Origin: an uncultured Bdellovibrionales bacterium
GTDB lineage: Bacteria > Patescibacteriota > Minisyncoccia > Moranbacterales > DUUL01
Reading direction: 5' to 3'
Length of the DNA stretch: 64,000 bases
Assembly (NCBI GenBank): GCA_964505305.1
Contig: CAZDHE010000001.1
Location: 27,776-91,775 of the forward strand
The notes under the pieces were generated by a model, which was given only the letters and a program-made list of their open reading frames with translations, searched no databases and was not told the origin of the DNA. This document shows positions 9,714-20,178 of the stretch, piece by piece. Each line of letters opens with the position of its first letter. Positions within the stretch are counted from its first letter, which is position 1. The translations under genes were made by a program, and so were the position numbers.

Positions 9714-10448
9714 CTATCTACGCCAAAGCAAATTGAAAAGAAACCTGAAATAATTGATAGTTTCTGCCTCTTTAATTTGAATTATTTTGTCTTTTGAAAA
9801 TAGAAAAACCTTTTTTTCTGTAATGATAACGTTTTTTTGTTTCGGAGAAGTTTCTTGGAGGATTTTCGTTCTTACGAAAGAAGCTTTTTTTAAAGGAGCG
9901 GTTTTTATTGGATAAATTTCTTCAACGGTAAACTCTTCTCCCACCCTTTCTCTAATTTTTTGATAGCTTTTTTGCAGATTGGTTTGAAGCTTTTTCTCTG
10001 GCGAGAATAGGATTACCTGGATTTTTTTGCAGGAATCATTGGCTATTTTTTCAAATAAATTTTTTTTATCATTTGTTTTTTGAAAATGCTTAATCTGGTT
10101 TTGGTCGGATTGGAGATAATACTTTCCCTGCAACAGAGAAATAATTCTCAGAAATTCTCTTTCCTGTTCTTCCGCCTTCCTTTTTTGTATTTTAAGAATA
10201 TTCAAAAGGTTATCCGGGGAACCGGCAAAGAAGTAATTTCGATACCCCTTTTTCTCTTTGGTTACAAGTTCTTTTCTGCGAAGGCTTTCTAAATTCCTGT
10301 AAATGGTAGGGCGGCTGATGGAGGTTTTTGAAGCTAATTTACTTATGCTGGAATAACCATTTTCCATTAAAATAAGATAAATATCAGCTTCTTGCTTTTT
10401 AAGTCCGAGCTTCTTGAGCTCATAAGAAAGATAATTATAGTCTCTCAT
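9714..10448 (-). CDS. TrmB-family HTH transcriptional regulator
   Basis: 244 aa. The N-terminal winged HTH (LGLKKQEADIYLILMENGYSSISKLASKTSISRPTIYRNLESLRRKELV) is typical of TrmB. Confidence 0.7.
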   Translation of the reverse strand: MRDYNYLSYELKKLGLKKQEADIYLILMENGYSSISKLASKTSISRPTIYRNLESLRRKELVTKEKKGYRNYFFAGSPDNLLNILKIQKRKAEEQEREFLRIISLLQGKYYLQSDQNQIKHFQKTNDKKNLFEKIANDSCKKIQVILFSPEKKLQTNLQKSYQKIRERVGEEFTVEEIYPIKTAPLKKASFVRTKILQETSPKQKNVIITEKKVFLFSKDKIIQIKEAETINYFRFLFNLLWRR

Positions 10449-10533
10449 AATTTCTCGGATAAATTTTAGATCAGAAAAGTAATTTAACTGATTTTATCCT
10501 TTTTAGGCTTCCAGGTCAATGGATTGTGCTTTT

Positions 10534-10561
10534 TTGACAAAGTTTTTTAAAAGAATATAAT
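10534..10561 (+). promoter_or_regulatory. Consensus sigma70-like promoter (TTGACA-16 nt-TATAAT)
   Basis: TTGACA at 10534-10539 and TATAAT at 10556-10561. It lies about 340 nt upstream of ftsA, implying a long leader or an independent transcript. Confidence 0.5.
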
Positions 10562-10900
10562 AGAGTAAAGGAGTGGTTTGCTAAATATTTTTTTCTGTGC
10601 TAATCTTTTAAGGGGTTTTATCGGTAGGCATAAAGAGGGTTTTTCAAAAAACCAAAACTTTTCAGTTTTTTTGTTATTGCGTGATAATCTGATATATAAT
10701 ATCATGAATAGCGTTTTTAATATTTTTAGGGTTGGCAAAAATAACAATTGCGGCGCAAAAAGGCAAAAGGAGAAAAATATGTTTTTTTATTAGAAAATTT
10801 GCAAAGCAATTTGTATGTATCAATAATAGAAAATGGATAGAGAATAAATTTTGCAAAAAAAGAAGTGAATTTATTTTATAATAGGCCTATCTAATACAAA

Positions 10901-12172
10901 ATGACTAAAGGAAAATATATCACGGCGATTGATTTGGGATCTGCAAACATTAGCACAGTTATATCTCAAATTATTCCGGATGAAAAACCCAGAATTATAG
11001 GAGTGGGAAAGGCTCCTTCTAGCGGTTTAAGAAGAGGTGTTATCGTGGATTTGGAAGAAGTAACCGCCTCAATCAAGAATTCTTTGGAGCAAGCTGAAAG
11101 AATGGCGGGAATCAAGGTAGAGGAAGCTTTCGTGTCTGTGGGCGGCAGTCATTTATCTTGCAATGCCACTCAAGGTGTGATTGCAGTAGGCAGAGCTGAT
11201 GGAGAAGTAACAGAAGATGATGTGGAAAGAGTGGTTGAGGCCAGTCAAGCGATAAATATTCCCCATAACTACGAAATTTTACACACGATTCCCAAAAGTT
11301 TTAATTTAGATAATCAATCCGGAATAAAGGAGCCTGTCGGTATGAGTGGAGTAAGATTGGAAATGAAGGGGGTTATTGTTACAGCTTTTGCCTCTTATCT
11401 GAAAAACATTTCCAAATGTCTAAATGACGTGGGAGTGGATTTGCAAGGTTTTGTGGCCTCTCCTTTAGCCGCTTCCAAGGCGGCTCTTAATAAGAGGCAA
11501 AAAGAACTGGGTGTGGCGTTAGTTGACATAGGAGGCGGAACTACTTCTTTGGCTGTCTATGAAGAAAGGGAATTAATTTATTTATCTGTTTTGCCTGTTG
11601 GAGGAGGCCATATAACTAATGATGCAGCCATAGGAATGAGAACTTCCGTAGATGTAGCAGAGCAGGTTAAATTAAAGTATGGTTCTGCGTTGCCTGGCGA
11701 AATAGGCAAAAGGGAGCAGATAAATTTAGCTGAAATAAATCCTGAGGAAGAGGGTAGTGTATCCCGAAAACATATTTGTGAAATTATGGAAGCCAGGGCG
11801 GAAGAGATTTTTCAGATGGTAGAAAGAGAATTGAAAAAAATCAACAGGTCGGCGTTATTGCCGGCTGGGGCTGTTTTGACAGGCGGCGGGGCTTGTTTGC
11901 ATGGAATGGTTGATTTATCTAAGGAGAATCTTAAATTGCCTGCTCAAGTGGGCTTTCCTCGGGAGCTTTCCGGACTGGTAGACAAGGTGGATGATCCCTC
12001 CTTTTCCGTTGCAGTAGGGATTATTTTGTGGGTGCTGGAGGAGGGAGGAGAAGAAAATTCTCTTAAAAGTTCCGGTTCAGGATTCGGTTTTGCGGATAAA
12101 TTTAAAAAAAGCTTTCCTTCTGATAAAATCAAGACCCTTAAAAGATGGCTGGAAGGTTTTTTGCCCAAATAG
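10901..12172 (+). CDS. ftsA: Cell division protein FtsA
   Basis: 423 aa actin-like ATPase (AIDLGSANIS, DIGGGTTSLAVY) with a C-terminal amphipathic helix (KTLKRWLEGFLPK). Confidence 0.9.
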   Translation: MTKGKYITAIDLGSANISTVISQIIPDEKPRIIGVGKAPSSGLRRGVIVDLEEVTASIKNSLEQAERMAGIKVEEAFVSVGGSHLSCNATQGVIAVGRADGEVTEDDVERVVEASQAINIPHNYEILHTIPKSFNLDNQSGIKEPVGMSGVRLEMKGVIVTAFASYLKNISKCLNDVGVDLQGFVASPLAASKAALNKRQKELGVALVDIGGGTTSLAVYEERELIYLSVLPVGGGHITNDAAIGMRTSVDVAEQVKLKYGSALPGEIGKREQINLAEINPEEEGSVSRKHICEIMEARAEEIFQMVERELKKINRSALLPAGAVLTGGGACLHGMVDLSKENLKLPAQVGFPRELSGLVDKVDDPSFSVAVGIILWVLEEGGEENSLKSSGSGFGFADKFKKSFPSDKIKTLKRWLEGFLPK

Positions 12173-12549
12173 AAGTTGGCAATTATCGATTGAAATAGAA
12201 AGGGGAGTTAATTGAATATAATAGTGTTTCTGCCAAAATATGTAAAATAGTTAAAATCTTCCTTTTTGACTTTGAAAATGTAAATAAATTTATTTTTATT
12301 TGTTCCGGATTTTAATAGGATATTTTATTCATTATTGACTTTTTTAAATGGTCTGTTAAAATGTTTTAACTTGATTAAAGTTTAAAGTTGTAATAGAATT
12401 ATTACTGAACACAAAGGATGCTTTTTAATTTTTTAGCAAAGGCGAGTTGCTCATTCAGAATCCTCTATTCTTGGAAAAATATTTTTTTACTAAAATTTTA
12501 TCAAGAAAGCAATTAATTTCTCTTTCATTTTTTGCTATATTCAATTAAG

Positions 12550-12583
12550 TAACCCGATTAATCGGGGTTTCAGCGGAAGCTGA
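12550..12583 (+). promoter_or_regulatory. Two adjacent tetraloop hairpins in the ftsZ leader
   Basis: AACCCGA-TTAA-TCGGGGTT at 12550-12568 and TTCAGC-GGAA-GCTGAA at 12568-12583 (GNRA loop). They end 30 nt before the ftsZ ATG. Confidence 0.4.
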
Positions 12584-12612
12584 ATAAATTATTAAGACCT
12601 AATTAAATAACA

Positions 12613-13899
12613 ATGGCAGAAGTAAAACCGGAGGTTGAAACATTTGCAAGAATTAAAGTTGTCGGCGTTGGAGGATCCGGTAGTAATGCTATTTCCAGAA
12701 TGATAGAATGCAAACTTTCCGGAGTGGAGTTTGTGGCTGTTAATACCGATGCTCAAGATTTGCATGCTTGTGGAGCTAAGGAAAAAATACATATCGGTAA
12801 AAACCTTACCAAAGGCTTGGGTGCCGGGATGAATCCGGAACTTGGCAGGCAGGCGGCTGAAGAAAATAGGGATGAAATTCATGAGGCCTTAAAAAGTTGT
12901 GATATGGTTTTTATTGTTTATGGAGCCGGTGGGGGAACAGGTTCGGGAGCCGGTCCCGTGGTAGCGGAAGCTGCCAGGGAGGCGGGTGCCTTGACGGTGG
13001 GGGTTATCACTAAACCTTTTGCTTTTGAAGGAAAGCAAAGATCGGCTATTGCGGAAGAGTCTTTAGAAAACCTTAAAGACAGAGTGGATACGCTTATTTC
13101 CATCCAAAACGACAAATTATTGCAAATTATTGATAGACAAACCTCTCTTTTGAATGCTTTTAGAATCGTAGATGATGTTTTAAGGCAGGGAGTTCAAGGA
13201 ATTTCCGATTTAATAACCAAGCCGGGAATTATTAACGTTGATTTTGCTGATATAAAATCGGTAATGCAAGACAGCGGTTCCGCTTTAATGGGAGTGGGAG
13301 TGGTTTCCGGTGAAAACAGGGCTCAGCAAGCAGCTAAGGAAGCTATCAACTCTCCTTTGCTGGATGTTTCTATCGAGGGGGCCAGGGGAGTGTTATTTAA
13401 TATTACCGGCGGTACCGATCTTACTATGATGGAAATTAACGAAGCGGCCAGCTTGATTACGGAAAATGTAGATCCCAATGCCAGAATTATTTTCGGAGCA
13501 GCGTCTGATGAGACAGTTAAGAAAGGAGAGGTGAAGATAACAGTTGTAGCTACCGGTTTTGATGGGGGGAATACGCAGGAAGACTTTTTAAGCCAGATGC
13601 AAAGTCCGGATTTTGAGCAAACGGAAGAGCAAGAGAAAAAAGAATCAAGTTTTTTTAGCAGTTTTGAAACAGAGGGACGCAGAGATGAGAAAAGTTCTCT
13701 TCCCGATATATCTGAAGAAAAGACAGGTGATCGCAGAGAAGGATTTGATAATGATTTCGAAAAAAAGAATTTGCAAGATCAAAGTGAAGAAACCTCCGGG
13801 CGCAAGAAGAAAGGCACCTTTAACGAAGAAAGCCCTCTGGAAGAATCCGATGACGATTTGGAGATCCCGGCTTTTATAAGAAAAAAGATGGGAAAATAA
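12613..13899 (+). CDS. ftsZ: Cell division protein FtsZ
   Basis: 428 aa. Tubulin signature GGGTGSGAGPVVA, a long acidic linker and the conserved C-terminal peptide DDLEIPAFIRKK. Confidence 0.95.
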   Translation: MAEVKPEVETFARIKVVGVGGSGSNAISRMIECKLSGVEFVAVNTDAQDLHACGAKEKIHIGKNLTKGLGAGMNPELGRQAAEENRDEIHEALKSCDMVFIVYGAGGGTGSGAGPVVAEAAREAGALTVGVITKPFAFEGKQRSAIAEESLENLKDRVDTLISIQNDKLLQIIDRQTSLLNAFRIVDDVLRQGVQGISDLITKPGIINVDFADIKSVMQDSGSALMGVGVVSGENRAQQAAKEAINSPLLDVSIEGARGVLFNITGGTDLTMMEINEAASLITENVDPNARIIFGAASDETVKKGEVKITVVATGFDGGNTQEDFLSQMQSPDFEQTEEQEKKESSFFSSFETEGRRDEKSSLPDISEEKTGDRREGFDNDFEKKNLQDQSEETSGRKKKGTFNEESPLEESDDDLEIPAFIRKKMGK

Positions 13900-14016
13900 T
13901 TAACAAAAAAAGCGTTTAGAGCGAATTTTAAGGGTTTTTTTGTTAAAAAGGAATTTAATTGCGAGTATTATTTTTCTAAGAATTAACTAAATTAAAAGAT
14001 TTATTTTAGAGAAATA

Positions 14017-14045
14017 TTGACATTTAGCTTGCGATTGTGTAGAAT
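14017..14045 (+). promoter_or_regulatory. Sigma70-like promoter of the str cluster (TTGACA-17 nt-TAGAAT)
   Basis: TTGACA at 14017-14022 and TAGAAT at 14040-14045, about 150 nt upstream of rpsL. Confidence 0.5.
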
Positions 14046-14198
14046 CGTAATTGCTTTGGTTTTTGCGAAATGATGATCCAAAATCCAAACATTTCAAGAT
14101 TGGAAAACTGAATAAGATGTAATATTGTTTATTAATTTAAATTTTCAAAACAATATTTTTTTATAAATTTGTTAAATTAACAGTTAAATTTAAGAAAA

Positions 14199-14618
14199 GT
14201 GCCAACAATTAATCAACTCATTAGAAAGCCCAGAAAAAAGGTGGTCAAAAAATCTAAAACTACGGCTTTGGATTTTGGTTTTAATTCCATAAAAAACAAG
14301 CCGGTTTACTACCCTTCTTGTTTTAAGAGGGGTGTTTGTGTAAAAGTGGGAACAACCAGCCCGAAAAAACCGAACTCCGCTCTGCGTAAAATTGCCAGAG
14401 TAAAATTGACAAATGGAAAAGAAGTAACCGCCTACATTCCCGGAGAAGGGCATAATTTGCAAGAACACTCCATAGTTTTGTTAAGAGGCGGAAGAGTTCC
14501 CGATCTTCCGGGTGTCAGATACCAAGTGGTTAGAGGTGTTTTGGATGCGGCCGGAGTGGAGGGGAGAAATAAAGGAAGGTCTAAGTATGGCTGTAAAAAA
14601 CCCAAAGAGAAGAAGTAG
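14199..14618 (+). CDS. rpsL: 30S ribosomal protein S12 (GTG start)
   Basis: 139 aa. [55 protein letters not shown]. Confidence 0.95.
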   Translation: MPTINQLIRKPRKKVVKKSKTTALDFGFNSIKNKPVYYPSCFKRGVCVKVGTTSPKKPNSALRKIARVKLTNGKEVTAYIPGEGHNLQEHSIVLLRGGRVPDLPGVRYQVVRGVLDAAGVEGRNKGRSKYGCKKPKEKK

Positions 14619-14713
14619 CTTCTAAATATTTGGAATTACCGCAATGTTTAAAATTTTTGTTGTAAAGTTTTTTAACTATCTAATAATCCTAAAAGATTTA
14701 AAATTAGCAAGAT

Positions 14714-15181
14714 ATGTCTAGAAAAAATAAGGTTTATCAAAAAAATTGGAAGCCGGATCCTGTTTATAATTCACTTTTAGTGGGCAGGTTTGTAGGTCAG
14801 ATATTAGAGGACGGAAAAAAGTCCGTTGCTGAGGCTGTTGTGTACGACTCTTTTGAAGAAATTCACAAAAGAACCAAGAAGGGAGGATTAAATGTTTTTG
14901 AGCAAGCTATTAAGAATGTTTCTCCTTTGATGGAGCTTAAGAGCCGTAGAGTGGGAGGAGCCAATTATCAAGTTCCCGTCCCTGTTATAGGGGATAGAAG
15001 GGCTACTTTGGCGATGAGGTGGATTTTGAAAGCCGCTTCTGGCAGAAAAGGAAAAAAGATGTCTTCCAGGTTGGCGGATGAATTGTTAGAAGCCTCAGAG
15101 AAAAAAGGAGCTGCTATTAAGAAAAAGGAAGACACTCATAAAATGGCCGAGTCCAATAAGGCTTTTGCTCATTTTGCCTAA
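14714..15181 (+). CDS. rpsG: 30S ribosomal protein S7
   Basis: 155 aa. PDPVYNS..VSPLMELKSRRVGGANYQVPVPV..RRATLAMRWIL. Confidence 0.95.
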   Translation: MSRKNKVYQKNWKPDPVYNSLLVGRFVGQILEDGKKSVAEAVVYDSFEEIHKRTKKGGLNVFEQAIKNVSPLMELKSRRVGGANYQVPVPVIGDRRATLAMRWILKAASGRKGKKMSSRLADELLEASEKKGAAIKKKEDTHKMAESNKAFAHFA

Positions 15182-15420
15182 GATAGATAGAAAAAGAGAG
15201 AATAAGTTTGAGCCGAAAATTTATTTTCATAAAAATCTAAAATAAACATTCTGTTGCCTGAATCCGGATTAATCGAGGCGAGTAACATAATATTTGCATA
15301 TCTTTCAAGCTGGTGCGAACTGAGTAAGTCTTCCCATTCACGCCTTGTGGTAAAGTAGTATTGGGAAATATTATTTGTTTTATGAAATTTTAGTTAAAAT
15401 AATTTTTTAATAATTTTTCA

Positions 15421-15457
15421 GAGTTAGCAGGTCCCGAGTAACTTGGATCAGCAACTC
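15421..15457 (+). promoter_or_regulatory. Hairpin in the fusA leader
   Basis: GAGTTaGC-a-GGTCC-cgagtaactt-GGATC-a-GCAACTC (12 bp, including one G.U). It ends 26 nt before the fusA ATG. Confidence 0.35.
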
Positions 15458-15483
15458 TTAATTAAATATATTAAGCTTTTTTT

Positions 15484-17571
15484 ATGCCAAGGAATTACGC
15501 TATTGAAAAAAATAGAAACATTGGGATTATAGCCCATATTGATGCCGGTAAAACCACTACTACCGAGCGGATTTTGTTTTACACCGGTATTTCTCATAAA
15601 ATAGGAGAGGTTCATGAAGGAGAAGCTGTGATGGATTGGATGGCTCAAGAAAGAGAGCGGGGAATTACCATTACTTCCGCCGCAACCACTTGTTATTGGA
15701 AGGATTATCAAATTAATATAATTGATACTCCCGGACATGTTGATTTTACTGTTGAGGTGGAGAGATCTTTGAGGGTCTTAGACGGCGGTATTGTGGTTTT
15801 TGACGGAAAAGAAGGCGTAGAGCCTCAGTCTGAAACGGTTTGGAGGCAAGCTGATAAATATAATGTTCCCAGAATTTGTTTTATCAATAAAATCGATAAA
15901 GAAGGCGCCGATTTTGAAAGATCATTGGATTCTATTCATAAAAGACTTTCTCCCAACGCCGTTGCGGTTCAGTACCCTATTGGCCAAGATGCCGATCATA
16001 AAGGAGTTGTAGATTTAATTAAAATGAAAGCCGTATACTTTGAAGGTCAGTATGGAGAAAAAATGGAGGAAAAAGAAATCCCGGAAGAATTAAAAGCAAC
16101 AGCGGAAGAATGGAGGGAAAAATTAATTGAAAAGGTCTCCGAGTTAGATGATGAAGTGATGGAAAAGTATCTGGAAGGAGAAGATGTGACAGAAGAAGAA
16201 ATAAAAAGAGGCTTGAGAAAAGGAGTTATTTCCGGAGATGTTAACCCCGTTTTTACAGGCACCTCTCTTAAAAACAAAGGAGTGCAGCCTTTATTGGATG
16301 CTGTTGTTGATTATTTACCTTCTCCGATAGATGTTCCTCCCGTGGAGGGAGTGGATATGAACGATGAAGAAAAGAGACTCACCAGAAAATCCTCTGACGA
16401 TGAGCCTTTCTCCGCCTTGGCCTTTAAGGTTGCTTCGGATCCTTATGTTGGGCAACTGGTTTTTTTCAGGGTTTATTCCGGTTCTCTTAAAGCCGGCTCC
16501 TACGTTCTCAATTCTACTAAGAACAAAAAGGAGAGAGTAGGTAGAATTTTGAGAATGCACTCCAATCATCGGGAAGAAATGGAAGATATTTATGCCGGGG
16601 GAATCGGGGCGCTGGTAGGACTTAAGAACACTTCTACCGGAGACACTTTAAGTGATGAAAAGAACCCGATTATTTTAGAGACTATTAAATTTCCCGAACC
16701 CGTTATTTCTATTTCCATTGAACCAAAGACTAAAGCCGATCAAGAAAAAATGGCGACCGCCTTGAAAAAATTGGCTGATGAAGATCCCACTTTTACGGTG
16801 AGGACGGATGAGGAGACCGCGCAGACTATTATTTCCGGTATGGGAGAGCTTCATTTGGATATTATTGTAGATAGACTAAAAAGAGAATTCAAGGTGGAGG
16901 CCAATGTAGGAAAGCCTCAAGTGGCTTACAGGGAGACTGTCAAGAAGTCAGTAGAGGCGGAAGGAAAATACATTAAGCAATCCGGAGGTAGAGGGCAATA
17001 TGGCCATTGCTGGATTAAATTGGAGCCAATGGAAGAAGGGGCCGGATTTGAATTTGTTAATGAGATTAAAGGCGGAGTCATTCCGGCTGAGTACATACCC
17101 GCCATAGAAAAGGGCATCAAAGAAGCCACCGAGAGAGGCATAGAGGCTGGATATCCCATGGTTGACATTAAAGCTACTGTTTACGATGGTTCATATCATG
17201 AAGTGGATTCTTCCGAAGCTGCTTTCAAAATAGCCGGGTCTTTTGCTTTTCAAGAAGCGGCCAAGAACGCCAATCCTATATTGCTGGAGCCGATTATGGA
17301 TGTGGAAGTAATTACCCCGGAGGAGTTTATGGGGGATGTAGTGGGAGACCTTAATTCCAAGAGAGGGCAAATTGAAGAAATGGAAGATAGAGGTGAAGGC
17401 CAAACCAAGACAAAATTGATTCATGCCAAGGTGCCGCTGGCTTCCTTGTTTGGCTATTCTACTCAATTGAGATCTATGACTCAGGGTAGGGCTAATTATT
17501 CTATGGAATTTAATAATTACGCTGAAGTTCCAGCTAGTGTGGCTGAAAAGATTAAAAACGGGGAAGCGTAA
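15484..17571 (+). CDS. fusA: Translation elongation factor G
   Basis: 695 aa. [28 protein letters not shown] and NKIDK GTPase motifs, full length. Confidence 0.97.
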   Translation: MPRNYAIEKNRNIGIIAHIDAGKTTTTERILFYTGISHKIGEVHEGEAVMDWMAQERERGITITSAATTCYWKDYQINIIDTPGHVDFTVEVERSLRVLDGGIVVFDGKEGVEPQSETVWRQADKYNVPRICFINKIDKEGADFERSLDSIHKRLSPNAVAVQYPIGQDADHKGVVDLIKMKAVYFEGQYGEKMEEKEIPEELKATAEEWREKLIEKVSELDDEVMEKYLEGEDVTEEEIKRGLRKGVISGDVNPVFTGTSLKNKGVQPLLDAVVDYLPSPIDVPPVEGVDMNDEEKRLTRKSSDDEPFSALAFKVASDPYVGQLVFFRVYSGSLKAGSYVLNSTKNKKERVGRILRMHSNHREEMEDIYAGGIGALVGLKNTSTGDTLSDEKNPIILETIKFPEPVISISIEPKTKADQEKMATALKKLADEDPTFTVRTDEETAQTIISGMGELHLDIIVDRLKREFKVEANVGKPQVAYRETVKKSVEAEGKYIKQSGGRGQYGHCWIKLEPMEEGAGFEFVNEIKGGVIPAEYIPAIEKGIKEATERGIEAGYPMVDIKATVYDGSYHEVDSSEAAFKIAGSFAFQEAAKNANPILLEPIMDVEVITPEEFMGDVVGDLNSKRGQIEEMEDRGEGQTKTKLIHAKVPLASLFGYSTQLRSMTQGRANYSMEFNNYAEVPASVAEKIKNGEA

Positions 17572-17606
17572 TAATTAAAAGAGTTCTTTGATGACAAAGA
17601 ACGTAT

Positions 17607-17634
17607 TTGACAAATTATAAAGTTTTGTTAAAAT
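17607..17634 (+). promoter_or_regulatory. Promoter for tuf (TTGACA-16 nt-TGtTAAAAT, extended -10)
   Basis: TTGACA at 17607-17612 and TAAAAT at 17629-17634, preceded by TGt. It follows the hairpin GTTCTTTG-atga-CAAAGAAC (17583-17602) just after the fusA stop. Confidence 0.5.
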
Positions 17635-17726
17635 TTTGAGGAGTGTTTTATATAATTAATTAACTAAAAAATAACAATCTGTTTTAGCGGGATAGTTTGT
17701 TCCGTTAGCACAGATTAAAAAAGAGT

Positions 17727-18920
17727 ATGAGTGAAAAATTCGAAAGAGGCAAGACTCATATCAACGTAGGAACTATTGGCCACGTTGATCATGGGAAGAC
17801 AACTCTTACAGCCGCCATTCTGCATGGAATGGAATTGGCCGGCAGGGCCGGTTCTCACAAGAGTGTTGCCGAGATTGACAAAGCCCCGGAAGAAAAAGAA
17901 AGGGGTATCACTATTGCGACTGCTCACGTGGAGTATGAAACTGAAAAAAGGCATTATGCTCACGTAGATTGCCCGGGTCATGCCGATTATATTAAAAACA
18001 TGATTACCGGAGCGGCTCAGATGGATGGTTCTATTTTGGTGGTTTCCGCTACAGATGGACCTATGCCCCAAACCAGAGAACACATTCTTCTGGCCAGGCA
18101 AGTGGGAGTGCCTGAAATCGTTGTTTTCTTGAATAAAGTTGATATGGTGGAGGATCCAGAGTTGGTTGATTTAGTAGAAGAGGAAGTTAGGGAGCTTTTA
18201 ACCCAGTATGAATTTGATGGCGAGAATACTTCTATTATTAGAGGATCTGCCTTGAAAGCTTTGGAAGCTAAAGATCAAAATGACGAAGCGGTTAATCCCG
18301 TTTTTGAATTGATGGATGCTTTAGACGCTAAGATTCCGGAGCCTCAAAGAGATATTGACAAACCTTTCTTGTTGCCAATTGAAGATATTTTCACTATTGA
18401 AGGCAGAGGAACCGTGGTAACCGGAAGAATTGAGAGAGGCCAAATTAGCTTAAACGAAGAAATTGAAATAGTAGGTCTTCAAGATACTCAAAAGACTACT
18501 GTTACCGGTATTGAGATGTTTAATAAGACACTGGAAAAAGGTGAAGCCGGAGACAATGCCGGTATTCTATTGAGAGGCGTTAAGAAGGAAGACGTTCAAA
18601 GAGGACAGGTTTTGGCTAAGCCGGGAAGCATAACCCCGCACACTGAATTTGAGACTGAAATTTATATTCTAAGCAAAGAAGAAGGCGGAAGACACACTCC
18701 TTTCTTCAAAGGATATAAACCGCAATTCTATATCCGAACCACTGATGTTACCGGAGAAGTTATTTTACCGGAAGGAACCGAGATGGTTATGCCGGGTGAT
18801 ACTGTAACCTTGAGTGTTAAATTGGTGGCTCCGGTTGCCATGGAAGATGGAATGAGATTTGCTATTAGAGAAGGAGGCAAAACCGTAGGTGCCGGTGTGG
18901 TTACTAAGATTTTGAAATAA
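17727..18920 (+). CDS. tuf: Translation elongation factor Tu
   Basis: 397 aa. [27 protein letters not shown] and a full-length EF-Tu sequence. Confidence 0.98.
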   Translation: MSEKFERGKTHINVGTIGHVDHGKTTLTAAILHGMELAGRAGSHKSVAEIDKAPEEKERGITIATAHVEYETEKRHYAHVDCPGHADYIKNMITGAAQMDGSILVVSATDGPMPQTREHILLARQVGVPEIVVFLNKVDMVEDPELVDLVEEEVRELLTQYEFDGENTSIIRGSALKALEAKDQNDEAVNPVFELMDALDAKIPEPQRDIDKPFLLPIEDIFTIEGRGTVVTGRIERGQISLNEEIEIVGLQDTQKTTVTGIEMFNKTLEKGEAGDNAGILLRGVKKEDVQRGQVLAKPGSITPHTEFETEIYILSKEEGGRHTPFFKGYKPQFYIRTTDVTGEVILPEGTEMVMPGDTVTLSVKLVAPVAMEDGMRFAIREGGKTVGAGVVTKILK

Positions 18921-18940
18921 TTTTCATTTTTTGATTAAAA

Positions 18941-18972
18941 AAACAGCCCTTTTTGCGGGGGCTGTTTTTGTT
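18941..18972 (+). terminator. Rho-independent terminator after tuf
   Basis: AAACAGCCC-tttttgcg-GGGCTGTTT followed by TTTGTTTT. Confidence 0.8.
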
Positions 18973-19138
18973 TTAATAAAGTCGGCTTGACGATATTTGG
19001 AAATTTTTTAAATAAGCATTATAATTAATTTAAGTTTCGAGATTATTAAATTTTTCCTATACTTTTATTTTTTTGATAGGTTTGAATAATTTTTTGATTT
19101 GAGATAATTATAAAAACTTTACTTTTATTTTTTTAAAA

Positions 19139-20002
19139 ATGCCTGAACTACCGGAAGTGGAAACCATAGTTAAAGATTTAAAATAAAAAATAATCGGTTG
19201 CAGAGTGATCGATTTTTGGACGGATTGGCCCAAGGCCGTCAAGGACACTCTAAAGGCTTTTAAAAAATCTATCACCGGAAAAGAAATAACAGAAGTTAAG
19301 CGTAGAGGCAAAAATATTTTGATTTTTTTTGAGAATGATTTGGTTGTATTGATACATCTAAAAATGACCGGACATCTCTTATTAAAAAACGGACAAGCCG
19401 ATAAAGAAGGTTATTTTAACGACAGAGTGAACCAATTTATTCATCATATTTGGTATTTAAGTTGCAAAAAAAATAATTTTACTCTTGAGTTTTCCGATAT
19501 GCGTAAGTTTGGAAAAATAAAATTTTTTTGGAATGGAGGACAGGAAAAAGTTAAAGAAATTTCCTCATTAGGAGAAGAGCCTCTCAGTAGTAGCTTTACT
19601 TTGAAAAAATTTAAGAAATTGATATCTAAAAGGGGGAAGAGTAATATAAAAATGCTGCTTTTGGATCAAAATTTAATTGCGGGGATCGGTAATATTTATG
19701 CTTGTGAAATTCTTTTTGAGGCCGGAGTTAATCCTCAAAGGAAGGCGGAGAGTTTATCTTTCGAAGAAACTAAAAGAATTCATTTTTTTATTAAAGAAGT
19801 CCTCAAAAAGGCTGTAAAGCACCGAGGAACCTCGGATAGCGATTATAGAGATACATCCGGAGCCCCCGGGGGTTTTCAAAATTATTTAAAGGTGTATAAT
19901 AGAAAAGGAGAAGAGTGTTTAAATAAAAATTGCAACTGTAAAATAGAAAAAATTAAGATCGGCCAGAGGGGGACTTATTGGTGTCCGAGTTGTCAAAAGT
20001 AG
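19139..20002 (+). pseudogene. fpg: Formamidopyrimidine-DNA glycosylase (Fpg/MutM) interrupted by an in-frame TAA at codon 16
   Basis: ATG at 19139 encodes MPELPEVETIVKDLK, then TAA at 19184-19186. The same frame continues KIIGCRVIDFWTDW... into tracked ORF 19205..20002. That ORF has the H2TH motif LLDQNLIAGIGNIYACEILF and a C-terminal zinc finger (CNC..CPSCQK). Confidence 0.7.
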
Positions 20003-20178
20003 TTTTTCCGAATGCTCTTTTTCAGATAAAAAATTAGTTTTTTGAGAAACGGAGACGATAAATGCTTCATGCATTGTTTGAAATATTTAGAGCATAAAAG
20101 CCATTATTGATATTTTTAAAGAATTTGAAAAAATATTTTGGAAATTTGTTTATGGTAATTAAATTTTAAAATAAAAAA

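Noticed and set aside
10547-10856. Three overlapping 60-71-aa ORFs in the ftsA upstream region.
   Set aside because: They are mutually overlapping on both strands, AT-rich with low-complexity peptides, and have no RBS. The region is more plausibly a promoter or leader.
13505-13512. CTGATGAG, the hammerhead ribozyme core box.
   Set aside because: It lies inside the well-conserved ftsZ coding frame. No flanking helices I-III or GAAA box in the proper arrangement were found.
19184-19186. The in-frame TAA in fpg as evidence for a reassigned genetic code.
   Set aside because: TAA, TAG and TGA all terminate well-conserved neighbouring genes at the expected positions. Examples are tuf and eno (TAA or TAG) and dfx (TGA). 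No other gene in the window needs stop-codon read-through.
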